This document shows positions 1 to 10,630 of a stretch of 64,000 bases of DNA, in pieces. Below the pieces are notes generated by a model that saw only the letters and a list, made by a program, of their open reading frames with translations, was not told where the DNA came from and did not search any database. The translations under genes were made by a program, and so were the position numbers. How positions within the stretch are numbered: the first letter of the stretch is position 1; every line of letters starts with the position of its first letter. The DNA lies in contig NIVC01000249.1 in the NCBI GenBank assembly GCA_002269645.1, positions 310,001 through 374,000 of the forward strand. The letters run 5' to 3'. Source of the DNA: Macrostomum lignano (lineage: Eukaryota).

Positions 1-220
1 AACACCAAAATGAAATCCCCACGCTCTTTGGGGATTTGTCCTGAGCTTAATAAGTATTGTATCGGACTTATTCTTTCTTTTTTCTCCCATTTAAATCCAA
101 CCTTCCAAAACTCTTGAAGTATGATGTGATTTTTTAATAGTTTAATTAATTCTTGAAGCTTCTTAATATCTTGAACATTTACAGTGCTAAATAAAAATTT
201 GGTATGAGATTTAAAAGTTA

Positions 221-1562
221 TTATAATCGGTTCTTGTTTTGGAATCGGAATGACAATATTGTTATTTTGTCGCATTGATGGAGTTCTACTAAAAGCCATT
301 TTATATACAAATATTTAAGGGATTTGTACAGGCGAACGGACGGAGTCCTCGCCCTTATAATATTGCAACGGGCGGTTCTTCCAAATAACCAGTAGAGGGA
401 AAAGTATAACCAAACGATGTGCAAATGATGTGCTACCACAAACCGCTGCACCCCGAATAAAATGTGCAGCATCTGCTCCTCCGGTTCGAGCACCAAAGCC
501 CATAAGAGTCCCACTTTTATCTAGGTCACCCCAATTCCCGCTATCATATGTGAAAACGTTCTGCCCAATTAGCCTATAAGAATCACCAGCAACATTGTAT
601 GAATGCAATCGATACCAAACCCTTTGATTAAGAACATTGATTTCAAACAAATGCCAATCGCCGTTATCAATATTGTTGTAGGTTACCGTTTGATCCGCAT
701 CGTTAAGAACATCATTACGGACTGTGGCTCCGTCTGATTTTTTATTACTCCAAACAACTCCAAATCGATCCGTCCACTCACTAGCAAACACTATCAATCC
801 AGCATCGGTTGTTAAACCTGATCCAAATTCACTTGTTGGACGTTGGTGACAATACGCATAAAACCAAACTGCATCTGCGCCATCTCCCCCACCCGCAGCA
901 TTAGCAACTCGGAAAAAGAAGGAGGCTGAAATATTACGAAAATGAGTGAAATTAAATTGTAACGCTCCGCTGACTCCCGGGGTTTCATCGGTAATTCTAG
1001 CTCCATTTTGTTAATCAATATATAAAGCGTCACCAATAAAACTTCCAGTTGGAAAAATATCTCCAGCGGTGGATGGGTTTTGGTAGCCAGCCCAATTGCA
1101 AATTACGGGCTCGTATAAAGCGGCATCAATCGCAGGTATTCCATCCAATTTTATTTTATCGTTAAAAGACATTCGGCCATCTGACGTTTGGGTTACAACA
1201 GTATCAACATACTTACAACATACATATATTGTAGTAACAACAGAAGTGTTATCGTTTATAGTCGAGATATTAGTAATTGTGTTACCACCCATATCAATTG
1301 ATTGATTAACTACTCCCAAATTTAGATCAATAACTGTAAACGTCTGTCTATAAATCTGGAAGGTTGACAGACCGGGGTTGGTAGAACCCGATGTTGATGT
1401 AAGACAGAACAAACTGAAATATGAATATGTTTTATAAAAATTTTGTGTGACATTAATTGTTTGAGTTGAGTTATTTATTGCTATAGAACTATCCGCGGGT
1501 ATTAAAACATCCCAACTTGTATTGTCATTATGATGAGGACGCACTTTTTCCCAAATCCCGCG
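221..1562 (-). pseudogene. Fibre/receptor-binding-like gene, 3' part (beta-rich, ConA/lectin-like C-terminal region), frameshifted
   Basis: Overlapping ORFs 1011..1544, 812..1036, 315..797 and 221..514 read consecutively with frame changes. The frame extends upstream as GIWEKVRPHH and joins ...WRFEGSN at 3517. The lectin-like call is from resemblance only. Confidence 0.6.
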
Positions 1563-3512
1563 CTAGCACATGGGCTCTAAACTTACTTGCCTACTAACAG
1601 TGGGCAATGGGCACTTTTATCCTTTTTCTGCGAATTTTCATAGAATCTATACTAGATATAATGTCTGGCCATACTAGTAGTCATAATAACATAGGCGCGG
1701 CTTTTTGGGCCATAAATCATCGCTTTCAAAGTTGGTCTGACAGCCACCTGCGCCTCACTCAGTGTTGAAGCGGGCGCCAGATGGTCTGAGAGGATGCGGG
1801 CGGTAGCTTTTTTCTCATTATCTTGACAGGCCATCAAGATTTATGAGGTCAGAGCCTATTGTTCGTGTTCACTCAAGCGTGTGACAGCTTTGACAGCTAT
1901 GCGTTTTACCCTAAAAGTACCTTGGGATTAGCGATTAGCGATTTCTCTTCATTATCTTCACTTTCTATTTAATAAGAGCTTTCTAATGTATATTTTTTCA
2001 TTAATTTCTGTCAATCCTACGCGAAAGGTCATAAATCATTTTGTTGCGATTTTGAGTGATTTATGGCCGCACCTGTCATCTTTTTACGACCCTGTGGGAA
2101 CTGATAGGATCTCTCGGTCACGTGATTCTGGGTAGCAACAAGCTTAGCCAATCAGAAAATTCGGCGCTCATTTTAACAAAACGGCTCAGCCAATCAGAAT
2201 CGACGTGTTCCGTTATAACAAACTGCGGTCCAGTTGGCGGCTATTTAAACCGGTGTTTTTTGCCCGCTCGGACCTCAACCTGTTCCGACTCTGGCCTGGT
2301 TCCTACTCCACCGGCCCGGAACTGACCGTCGTTTCTTGATCCCCGGATTGTGACTTCCCCCATCATCATCAAGGACGAGTCCCCCGGTCATCAGCAGCGA
2401 ACATCAAGTTAAGAGCATTACCTGCTAGCTAACAGCGAAGATTGTGACAGCATCATCCCGAGTCTACAGCTGCAGAGCATCGAGCCGATTCGGTCACTGT
2501 GGATTACCTGGTCTCCGGCTGTTGAGTTTCTGATTGGTTGGGTGAGAGGCTACCTAGACTTGCTTGATTGGGTGATCCCTTATCTGTCCCCTGTTGCAGT
2601 AGCTGAATTAGGCGCACACTTTTGCTCATTTTGTTCAGTAGTGCTGTTGCTGAGGCAGAAATCATTCAATAATACTGCTAGTAGTCGAAGACTCCAATTC
2701 GATCTGAAGTGTGAAGTGAACTAAGGAGAAGGTTAAATCAAACAGTTATTTTTATCGGTTTTATTTCTTTGTTCGCCGATGGCTCAGATGAGTAGCTAAG
2801 CTAGTAGGCGCCGGTCACAGTGGACCAATGGCAAGGCAGTTCTCAGTCGACCAATCTACCAAATCAGTGAGCAAAACTGCCAGAAGTGCAGAATCGGCGC
2901 CAGAGATGTACATTGTGCACTCTAGGGTAGCCAAGCGGCTCGGGTAAATGAATCATGCGGTCTCTGAAGTTCGAGTTAGTCTATCATCAGCGCTATGAGA
3001 GGCTGGTTGGCGCGTTGAAGGCCAAAAGTACATATCTTCGTATTTAGCAATGTAATAGTACATGTAGCTACCCCATAGACTCGCCACCGCAAGAATCCCC
3101 TGCACAAGTCCCCTCTGTACCTGCATGGCCAATGCGATCTAGTCCCAGCAGTGTCCCTTATCATCGGCTATGACTTCGAGATTGACAGCAAAAAGACACT
3201 AGTTGGCAGGTAAGTGTAAAGCCCCTTCTAGTCGGAAGCCCGATTTCGAGAGTCCCGGTGTGGTGAGCCAGGGCGCACGGGCTGGTGGCAGCAAGTTAGT
3301 TGATCTGCGGATTAGCTAATTTCTACTTTCAAAATTCTCCCTGCTCGTCTCTCGCTGTCCCTCTCTTAGCTATAGGACCTAGACTGCTCGCCACACGATC
3401 AAGCTACCATGGGGCTGACCATCTGACAGGAGTGGGGGGCCAGGTCTCTAATTGATTTATTTCTGAGCCTGAGGCCCGAAGGCTTCCCTAACAAGGAGCC
3501 CGAAGGTCGAAA
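1560..3512. mobile_element. Unclassified ~1.95-kb non-coding insertion interrupting the fibre-like gene
   Basis: Higher GC than the flanks and no convincing ORF. The flanking coding sequence rejoins (WRFEGSN / GIWEKV). CCC is present on both sides (1557-1559, 3513-3515). Confidence 0.75.
2119..2249 (+). promoter_or_regulatory. Pol II promoter-like cluster inside the insertion (E-box, two CCAAT boxes, TATA-like)
   Basis: CACGTG 2119-2124; AGCCAATCAGAA at 2146 and 2188; TATTTAAA 2242-2249; a reverse copy TTCTGATTGGT at ~2528. Confidence 0.45.
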
Positions 3513-4241
3513 CCCATCAATTACTACCTTCAAATCGCCATGACTCGGGGTGTTCGGTTGATGGCGAGGGTCTACCACGCAAATCAATTTTATAACACAT
3601 TATCGCGGAAGGACATTGAACCTTAATCCAATAATCGGTTTGTGCATTATTGGTTGCCCAATCGGTTGCATCATCGCCATCAAACGCTTTCCAACTTGCA
3701 AAATCGGTTGTATTAAAAGCGGTGCTTGCGGTGATTGCAAAACCACTTCCACTCCAATCTGACATTGATGGTATGTGGCCTGTTTCAACCATTTGGAACC
3801 TATCTTGCTTTGGGGTTCCACTTCCAATTAAATTATCAACCTCTGTTTTGGTATAGGAATCAGCTATATTCCTTTTTAAATTTAATGAATTATCAACCTC
3901 TGTTTTGGTGTATGAATCAGTTATATCTCTTTTTAAATTTAAGGAATTATCAAACTCTTTTGGTGTATGAATCAGCTGCATTCCGTTTTAAATTCAATGA
4001 ATTATCAACCTCTGTTTTGGTATAGGAATCTGCAACATTCCGTTTTAAATTTAATGAATCATCGATTTGAGCTTTGGTATAGGAATCTGCAACATTTCTT
4101 TTTAAAATTTAGTTTATCAATTTCAGTTTTTTTTATAACCTTCATCTTCATTAATATATCGGTTGTCTCCGAATGTAACACTAATACCACTTGATTCTTC
4201 ACCACCAGTTCGTGTAGTTCCATTCCATGAGGGTGTTCCAC
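3513..4241 (-). pseudogene. Fibre-like gene, 5' part: 19-aa shaft-like repeats followed by an F5/8C (discoidin)-like domain, frameshifted
   Basis: ORF 3517..3981 has (DSYTKTEVDNSLNLKRNIA)n then WATNNAQTDYWIKVQCPSAIMCYKIDLRGR...PESWRFEGSN, which resembles F5/8 type C motifs. Upstream ORF 4059..4241 continues through frameshifts. Confidence 0.7.
3830..4104 (-). repeat. Coding tandem repeat, ~57-bp unit, ~5 copies (DSYTKTEVDNSLNLKRNxA)
   Basis: Repeated AATTATCAACCTCTGTTTTGGTATAGGAATC units on the + strand. Confidence 0.9.
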
Positions 4242-4692
4242 TAAATAACATTTTTTAAGTCTATTTTTATAGAGTCTAAAATCTTCTTAAAGTCTTCGGG
4301 TGTTTCCTTCGAATTGTTAATTTTATATAAAAAATACAACGCTGCTTGTCCGCAATAACTTTTATCAAAGGTTTGAAACTGTTCGTGATAATCACCACAT
4401 AATCGATTTTTAGTATGATTAAATTTATCTTTTATTTCCTGTAATGGAGGAAGTGCATATGAATAAAAAAATAAACAAGTTTGGCTTTTGAATAAACTGC
4501 TGACCAATGGACACCATTTTCTTTTGTCGTTTCAATATTTACAATATAAGACCCATATCTTGGTAAGTATTTTATTTCATCGCGCATAACACATGGTTTT
4601 ATCTTTAGTTGTCTCGCCCAATTGGTTAATTCAATATTGCTTGTTGTGTCAGTTCCATATCTTTGTTTGAACATACCCCAATTCAAAGTCAT
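4241..4692 (-). pseudogene. Adenain-like (Ulp1/adenovirus-type) cysteine maturation protease, frameshifted
   Basis: IVNIETTKENGVHWSAVY (catalytic His), FFYSYALPP (expected FDSYG), QFQTFDKSYCGQAALYFL (Gln, Cys). Split into 4432..4692 and 4241..4507 at a T homopolymer. Confidence 0.85.
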
Positions 4693-4693
4693 T

Positions 4694-4861
4694 TTATGTT
4701 CCTGAAAAACTCTTAGTTTTGGTTAGTTTATTAGGCGGGTTTTTTAGTAATTTCTTTCTGGTTTTTTCTGCTTGAAGTTGTTTCAATTTTGTTAGTTCGA
4801 CTTCATAATTATCTTTTGACTTTTGAACTTTTTCCGTTTGTTTTTTTATATTATTACCCAT
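4694..4861 (-). CDS. Small basic protein, 55 aa (MGNNIKKQTEKVQKSKDNYEVELTKLKQLQAEKTRKKLLKNPP...)
   Basis: Manually translated ATG-to-TAA ORF that fills the gap between penton and protease; below the ORF-track cutoff. Confidence 0.45.
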   Translation of the reverse strand: MGNNIKKQTEKVQKSKDNYEVELTKLKQLQAEKTRKKLLKNPPNKLTKTKSFSGT

Positions 4862-4889
4862 TTTTAATCTAATTAAACTTGTTTTATTC

Positions 4890-5657
4890 TTAAATTATTA
4901 CTATTGCCTGCCCACCAAAACTAATTAATCTGTCAGAATCATCTAAAACTCTTACATAAATTGATTGAATATTATATTGATTTAAAGGATAATAAATTGG
5001 GGTTTGGGTTGCAACAATCATTTTATCTCCAATCGGAACAGCAAGAAAGGAGATTGAATAAATGATTCCCCGTTGAACCGAAACTCCGTTATCATCAGTT
5101 ATATAACCCCCGTTTGAAATATCAGTTGTTATATTAATTGTATTGACTCCTCCCTCAATATTTCCCACCGTATCACCTGTGCTTGATGCGGTAACGATTC
5201 GGGAATTAAATCCTAGAATGGTTCTAAGTGAATTTGCGATTGTGAAATCAACCTGATATCCAGCAGCTAAAGTCAAGGTGAATCTTCCTGATGGCAAATC
5301 AACCCCTATAACAATTGCGTCTAATATCCAATCACCATTAGCTGTTAAATCAGCTTGTATTACAGCATTCAAATCAGTATAATTATATGCTCCTGGTGTT
5401 ATAGTAATAGTTGTCCAATTGGCTCCAGAATCTTTAGAATATCTAAACTGGTTATTTGTTGCATTAATTAATTGGGGCATATTGAAAACTGAAAACATAA
5501 TCAAACCAATTTGATAACTTAATGTTTGATCTAGGGTAAGAGGATCGCGTAACTGAATCCTTTGCTCACTACTTGTCATTACAAATTGCAGGGTGGTACT
5601 AAATTTTAAATTGGTTCTGTCAACAATCTGTTTTATAGCATCCAAATTTACAGCCAT
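4890..5657 (-). CDS. Minor capsid protein (penton, single jelly-roll)
   Basis: YQIGLIMFSVFNMPQLINATNNQFRYSKDSGANWTTITITPGAYNYTDLNAVIQ matches the Polinton/adintovirus penton pattern; the ORF is intact (likely ATG at 5657). Confidence 0.88.
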   Translation of the reverse strand: MAVNLDAIKQIVDRTNLKFSTTLQFVMTSSEQRIQLRDPLTLDQTLSYQIGLIMFSVFNMPQLINATNNQFRYSKDSGANWTTITITPGAYNYTDLNAVIQADLTANGDWILDAIVIGVDLPSGRFTLTLAAGYQVDFTIANSLRTILGFNSRIVTASSTGDTVGNIEGGVNTINITTDISNGGYITDDNGVSVQRGIIYSISFLAVPIGDKMIVATQTPIYYPLNQYNIQSIYVRVLDDSDRLISFGGQAIVII

Positions 5658-5746
5658 TTTTATAGTGGGAATCGTGCTTTTAGTCCTCGTCGTCGTCATT
5701 ATATTCTTTTATCAGATTTGTTAAGATCCGATGTTTCCTTTCTAAC

Positions 5747-6480
5747 CTAGGATTGATATATATATATATATATATGTTTGTATTGGCTATCATCCCAAAT
5801 TTTTTTACACATGCTTTTGAATGGTTTTACATCCAACCCAGGATTAAATCTCGCGTGTATATTTTGTAGATCATAGTTATCTAAATCAAACATTACACAA
5901 CAACTTGCATTCCTTTTTATAAGCCCATCTAAATCTCTAAAGGATTGAGTAAGATAAAAGGCTCCAATTCCATCTCCTATACCACTAACAAAAATATCTT
6001 TTTGCAATTCTTGATCGCCGTCGGTAATACAATCATCAAAAATAATTAGTGTTTTATCATGTTTTGGAATTTGATCATAGGGTAATCGGGTTGATACTCT
6101 AACAGTTGGTGATTTTTCGATTATCGGACTTTGTCCGCGTTCCGAAGGAACGATGTTTTCTGGATCTTCTGCGGTTGTTTTACATAAATCCTCAATGTCA
6201 TCTAGTTTAAATCGCGGTTCGTCATCATCCTCATATTGCTCATATGCTCTTAACATTCTAAACAGGATATCTTTTTTAATTTGTTTTTAATCCATGTTGA
6301 GAAAATTCATAGTATTTAATTCGGGGTTTGTTAGTATAAATTATTAAATTATTATAGTCTAGCATTCCATCGGTTGTTAACAGGTCGTAAACAAAGTGTG
6401 TTTTTCCTTTACCCGATCCCCCAATTACTACACAAAGAAAAGGATCGTTTGGAAATATTTTATTGTTTTGCTTTTACCAT
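5747..6480 (-). pseudogene. A32/FtsK-like genome-packaging ATPase, disrupted
   Basis: Walker A VVIGGSGKGKT (~6400-6430), Walker B LIIFDDC, AFYLTQSF and RNAS motifs. There is an in-frame TAA near 6290 and a disrupted start. Confidence 0.88.
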
Positions 6481-6510
6481 TTTTAAGGAAATAATTTAAA
6501 TATTATTTTT

Positions 6511-7993
6511 TCAGGATTTTGCAATTGGGACATCCTGAACGACGGTGCCATCGGCTTTAGCAATTGCCATGTATTCCTCTAGAAACAATATGTGGGCGTC
6601 TAGGGCTTGATTACCAGTTTTATTAATCTCTAACATATAATTCAAACCAACATTGGCTACGTTTTCTTTCTGTGCGGTTAGATCAAAAACAACCACTGGG
6701 TGAATGTTTAGAAACTCTGTGGGTGTGTACTGAGGCATATGCTTCATTTTTGACATAATCCTGATAATATTTTATAAAATCATTAACATAATTATTTGCT
6801 GTGTTTAGATTAAGGGGGTCTTTAGCTGGATAATATTGATCATCAACCTGAAGGCGGATATTCTGGACATTAAACTCGTTAATCGCAGAAACCGCGTTGT
6901 CGGTTGCGGTGGCTGCTTGCGCGGCTACATCATCTGATTGAAGCCAATATAAATCCCCATTTGCTCTTTTGCTCCTTCTGTTTGTTATTTTAAACCAAAC
7001 AAAAATATACCTCACCCGACGTTTTGATGTCAATATCTGCACCGGCCACTGAAATGAATCCTGATTGTTATTAATGGTTCGCATAAAGTGTCGACGATTC
7101 AAATAAAATACATCCTGATCCACAAGTAGCTGGTCGTCTATATGTTTTAAAAGCGGCGCCGTTACTTCAATAGTTGGCACGGCTAATTGAATTGAAGTTA
7201 TTCTAACTGCTATATCGGTTGAAATTGAATTTCCATAAAGTATCCTAGGCTGATATCCACCAGATATTTGCAACTGTACCCCAAATTTTAATCCTTTCCA
7301 TACGCGATTTGGTGAGAAGAACCCAAATAGTGGGAAGATTGAAAAGTCCTGCTCATATGCGGTTGCTGTGGTTAAAACCGCGACTGGGAATTTATTCTGA
7401 CGATCTATGAAGCCGGTGTTAATATTTTTGGTGTTAGTTATGGTCGTTACAACCGGAACTATATTGGTATTAAGATAATTAATAAGAGCTGCGGTATCTG
7501 CACCGGCTGCGTTTTGTACGTTAGGGAAAATTACTGCTTGACCATTACCCTTATCCGGCATCCACCCAACACTATCACCAACTTGTTTTGATAAATAAGT
7601 ATAAATCAAATGTTTCAAAACCCCATTAATCTCTGCTGGATTTGTAGATGTCTCAAACTCGGCTCCGTTAACGCTTAGCTGCGCTTGGGAAAAACATTTA
7701 TAAAACCAATCATTTTCTATAATAATACCAGAACGATCGGGAATATCGCCGGCTGCAAGAGCAGTTCCATCGTTTCTGGTATACAACCACCTAACGCGGA
7801 AAAATGCGTTTTTCATATCCAATATGCTGCTGGTTGCACCAATGTCAAAAGTTACCGTTCCGGTAGTAAAATTGTTTGAATTATCGCTTGATGGTTGAGT
7901 AAAATTTAAATGTCTATTCCTGACCTCATTAATATACTGACGATACTTTTTGAAATGAAATTTATCACTCCAAATGGTTTTTGTTTCGGCCAT
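6511..7993 (-). pseudogene. Major capsid protein (double jelly-roll, hexon-like) with one frameshift
   Basis: 436-aa ORF 6683..7993 plus C-terminal ORF 6511..6756 (EFLNIHPVVVFDLTAQKE). Motifs YIFVWF and NIRLQVDDQYYP are typical of Polinton MCPs; located next to ATPase and penton. Confidence 0.88.
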
Positions 7994-8028
7994 TTTTTTT
8001 AAGTCGAAAAGGTTTTTTAGGTTAAAAA

Positions 8029-8703
8029 ATGAGTCAATTTATGGATGTTGATGGAGAATTAGCGATTTATAAAGAGAACCAAAGATATTCTGATTTTTTT
8101 AGAAATTTACAAAAAAGAAAGTTAGGAATAAAGTTAGCTGGTGAGAAATTTGCTGCTCCTTTTGTTAATCCTAAAACGGGGAAAATTAGTGAATTAACAA
8201 AAACTGATAAAGAGCTTCTTGAAAAAATTGCTAAGAATACGGAGCCAAAAGAGGCCGACGTTGTGGTGGATGAGCGTCCTGCTTATGATGTTGATCAAGC
8301 ACTATTGAGAGTTGCAGAGATTAGGCGTGCAGAACGGGGTGGAGTTGAACAACATCCGAGAGCTGCTCCACAAAGTATTGCGGTGACGGATTTAGGTAAT
8401 GATAATTATCGAATTGGTAGAGTTGGTAAAAATCGGAATGAGCTATATAGAGAATTGGGTGGAGCATATAATATTATTATTAATCCAAGGGTGAAGTTTA
8501 ATCCTGAGTTATATACTAAGGATGAATTAGTAAGCGCTAAAAATTTTTGTGATGAGTTAGGAGTAAGCGCTGTTAAAAAAACCCTTTTATATGATAGGAT
8601 TGTTGATTCTATAAATAACAAAAGAGGCGTTGGCGAAGGATTTAAAACTCCGCGAAAACTTGTTTTAGCTGCTGCTAAAGCCGCTGGACGTACAGGACTT
8701 TAG
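8029..8703 (+). CDS. Viral hypothetical protein, 224 aa, intact
   Basis: ATG-to-TAG ORF divergent from MCP; the N-terminal helical segment (EKFAAPFVNP) loosely resembles conserved Polinton accessory ORFs. Confidence 0.65.
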   Translation: MSQFMDVDGELAIYKENQRYSDFFRNLQKRKLGIKLAGEKFAAPFVNPKTGKISELTKTDKELLEKIAKNTEPKEADVVVDERPAYDVDQALLRVAEIRRAERGGVEQHPRAAPQSIAVTDLGNDNYRIGRVGKNRNELYRELGGAYNIIINPRVKFNPELYTKDELVSAKNFCDELGVSAVKKTLLYDRIVDSINNKRGVGEGFKTPRKLVLAAAKAAGRTGL

Positions 8704-9260
8704 ATGTTAAATTTTTTTTATAAAATGGAAACTAAATTTTGTAATAAATGTAAAGAAGAGAAAATTTTGGATTATTTTAGATTTCGTAGAGACCAAAATA
8801 GATATTATAGTGTTTGCAAACCATGTGAGAGAAAGTGTGATAAAGAATGGTATGAAAAAAATCGTGAATATAAACTTGAAAGAAAAAAATAATATGATAA
8901 AAATAATAAAGAAAGACGCAGAATATATGAAAATGAAAGAAGATTAACTGATGAAAATTTTAAAAATATAAAAAACACCAGATGTAGAATAAATTCTCTT
9001 CTAAAATCTAATAATACTCGAAAAAATAATCATACTATTGATTACCTTGGTTGCTCAATTGAATTCTTTACTGATTGGTTAAATTTCACAAAACATTATT
9101 ATGTCCCAAAAGATTATGGTGGTGCTTTGCATATTGATTATTTTATTAATGCTTCTTCATATGATTATCGCGATGAAGAACAAATTAAAAAGTCTGAAAA
9201 TTGGAGAAATAAAAGATACTTAGGTGCTGTAGATAATATTTCAAAAAATGATAAACAACC
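8704..9260 (+). pseudogene. HNH endonuclease (NCLDV/phage type) with an N-terminal CxxC...CxxC Zn ribbon; internal stop
   Basis: CNKCKEEK...CKPCE, TAA at 8890-8892, then in frame IDYLGCSIEFFTDW...LHIDYFINASSYDYRDEEQIKKSENWRNKRYLGAVDNISKNDK (family pattern LGCS...HIDH...EQ.KK...N...DN.SK). Confidence 0.8.
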
Positions 9261-9306
9261 AACCATTGAAGAGTTTGCAAAACAATTGGTGATATCATGT
9301 ATTTTT

Positions 9307-9470
9307 ATGGCTATTAAAAAGGTGGTTCAAACAACTGATATTAATTCCAGCCAGCTTGTGTATGAAGGTGGGTTGTTGGATGTTCAAAAAGGATTAACAA
9401 GCTTGCCTCCAATCTTTACTACTGGAAGGTATACTAATGAATTACACGTGCCGTCACATAATTTCGCGGG
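9307..9470 (+). pseudogene. Parvovirus-type phospholipase A2 gene, 5' part
   Basis: MAIKKVV...GRYTNELHVPSHNFAG, matching the ELHLPGHNFxGPG motif that precedes the PLA2 catalytic region. Confidence 0.8.
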
Positions 9471-10630
9471 TGGAGCTCGAGCTGTGCCCGAGTGGTAGAA
9501 GCAAAGCTACTGCTAGTCACTATTAGTGACAACACCAGCCGCTCACTCAATCCCCTAAAGCTTCAAGTACCACTTTGTTTTCGAAAGATTACAAAGGAAC
9601 AGAGGTAACTCCTCTTCCCAACGGTAACAAGTTTGAATATCTATATGGGCAAGAGTGAATCGAAAACCTAACCTCGTATGACTTGAGTATGGTTGAGATG
9701 CAACGACTGTACGCTGGTGTGGGCTTGAAGGATTTAGTTGTGACGTTGCTAGTTTAAGGTGGTCCCGCAAAAGGGCCGTTGGACTATAGTTTCTCTTGCA
9801 ATTTCTCGTTTAAATTTCTCCAATAGTTTATTTTAACGTTTACTTGTAGTAGCGTGCAAATAATCAGTATCAGTTGCTAATTCACTGTGTATTTGGTAAG
9901 CCTTGCGTTCGTCTGTAAATTTTAGCACGATCGATAATTTCAAGTTCTCTCGCCAGCCAATGAAAACTCTCCGTGTTTTATGCTAACCCTTCTGCGCTCT
10001 TTATTAACCCCCGCCTGGCGGCGGGCTGGGGGCCTCCTCACTTCTGGCTTCTGGCTTCGGCGTCTGGCTCTCGTTTTCCTTCTCTCTCTCCTGGCTGCCT
10101 CGAGCCTCCTTATCTCTCGCCACGGCTCCTCTATCTGGGCCAGCCTGTTTACACACTGTACTCCACTGTGTACTGCCACGGCTAACGCCACTCTCACCGC
10201 TACTTATCTGCCTGTTTACTTACTACTCATCGCCTTCACTGTGCTCATCGCCATCACTCACTACGTTGCGTCGCCATTGTATCCTTCGCCTGCCACTCGA
10301 CTTCATATTCTAATCACTTTCAAAACCATTGTTGCAGCCGCCAGTGCCCAGAACACTATAAGTTTTGTATTGACACTAACCAGTCTAATATTGATCTCGA
10401 CAATAAATTAGCTACGGCAGTTTCCTGCCCTTATACGCCAAGTGCTCCGCTACACAATCCGCTTTGCAAGAATTGACTTCGATTCATTTTGGGACTACAA
10501 CAACTTACGACAATTCTCGTCAAACGGCCCTTTTAAGGGTCCTAGCCACTACGCCAATAACGTGACATAGTCAATCCTAATGATAGCTTTAGACACAGTC
10601 TACTCCTTTGTGAAAGCAACGGTATAAAGG
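9471..10630. mobile_element. Unclassified ~1.16-kb insertion in the PLA2 gene
   Basis: GC-richer non-viral sequence between HNFAG and PG-TRLDLRL; boundaries uncertain by a few bp; no TIR or TG..CA ends. Confidence 0.7.

Noticed and set aside
3460-3515. Hammerhead-ribozyme-like end of insertion 1 (GAGCCCGAAGGTCGAAAC)
   Set aside because: It has a stem-II/GAAA-like half but no CUGANGA core at the required position (CTAACAAGGA instead); not supportable without an Infernal search.
3830-4104. CRISPR-like repeat array
   Set aside because: The units are contiguous 57-bp coding repeats without unique spacers, in a eukaryotic viral gene.
9940-10411. ORFs 9980..10411, 9973..10185 and 9940..10197 as genes
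   Set aside because: Low-complexity pyrimidine-rich sequence inside the insertion; no recognisable domain.
9469-10629. Insertion 2 as a spliceosomal intron (GTGGAG...AAAG)
   Set aside because: Splicing at these sites does not restore the PLA2 frame, and there is no polypyrimidine tract.
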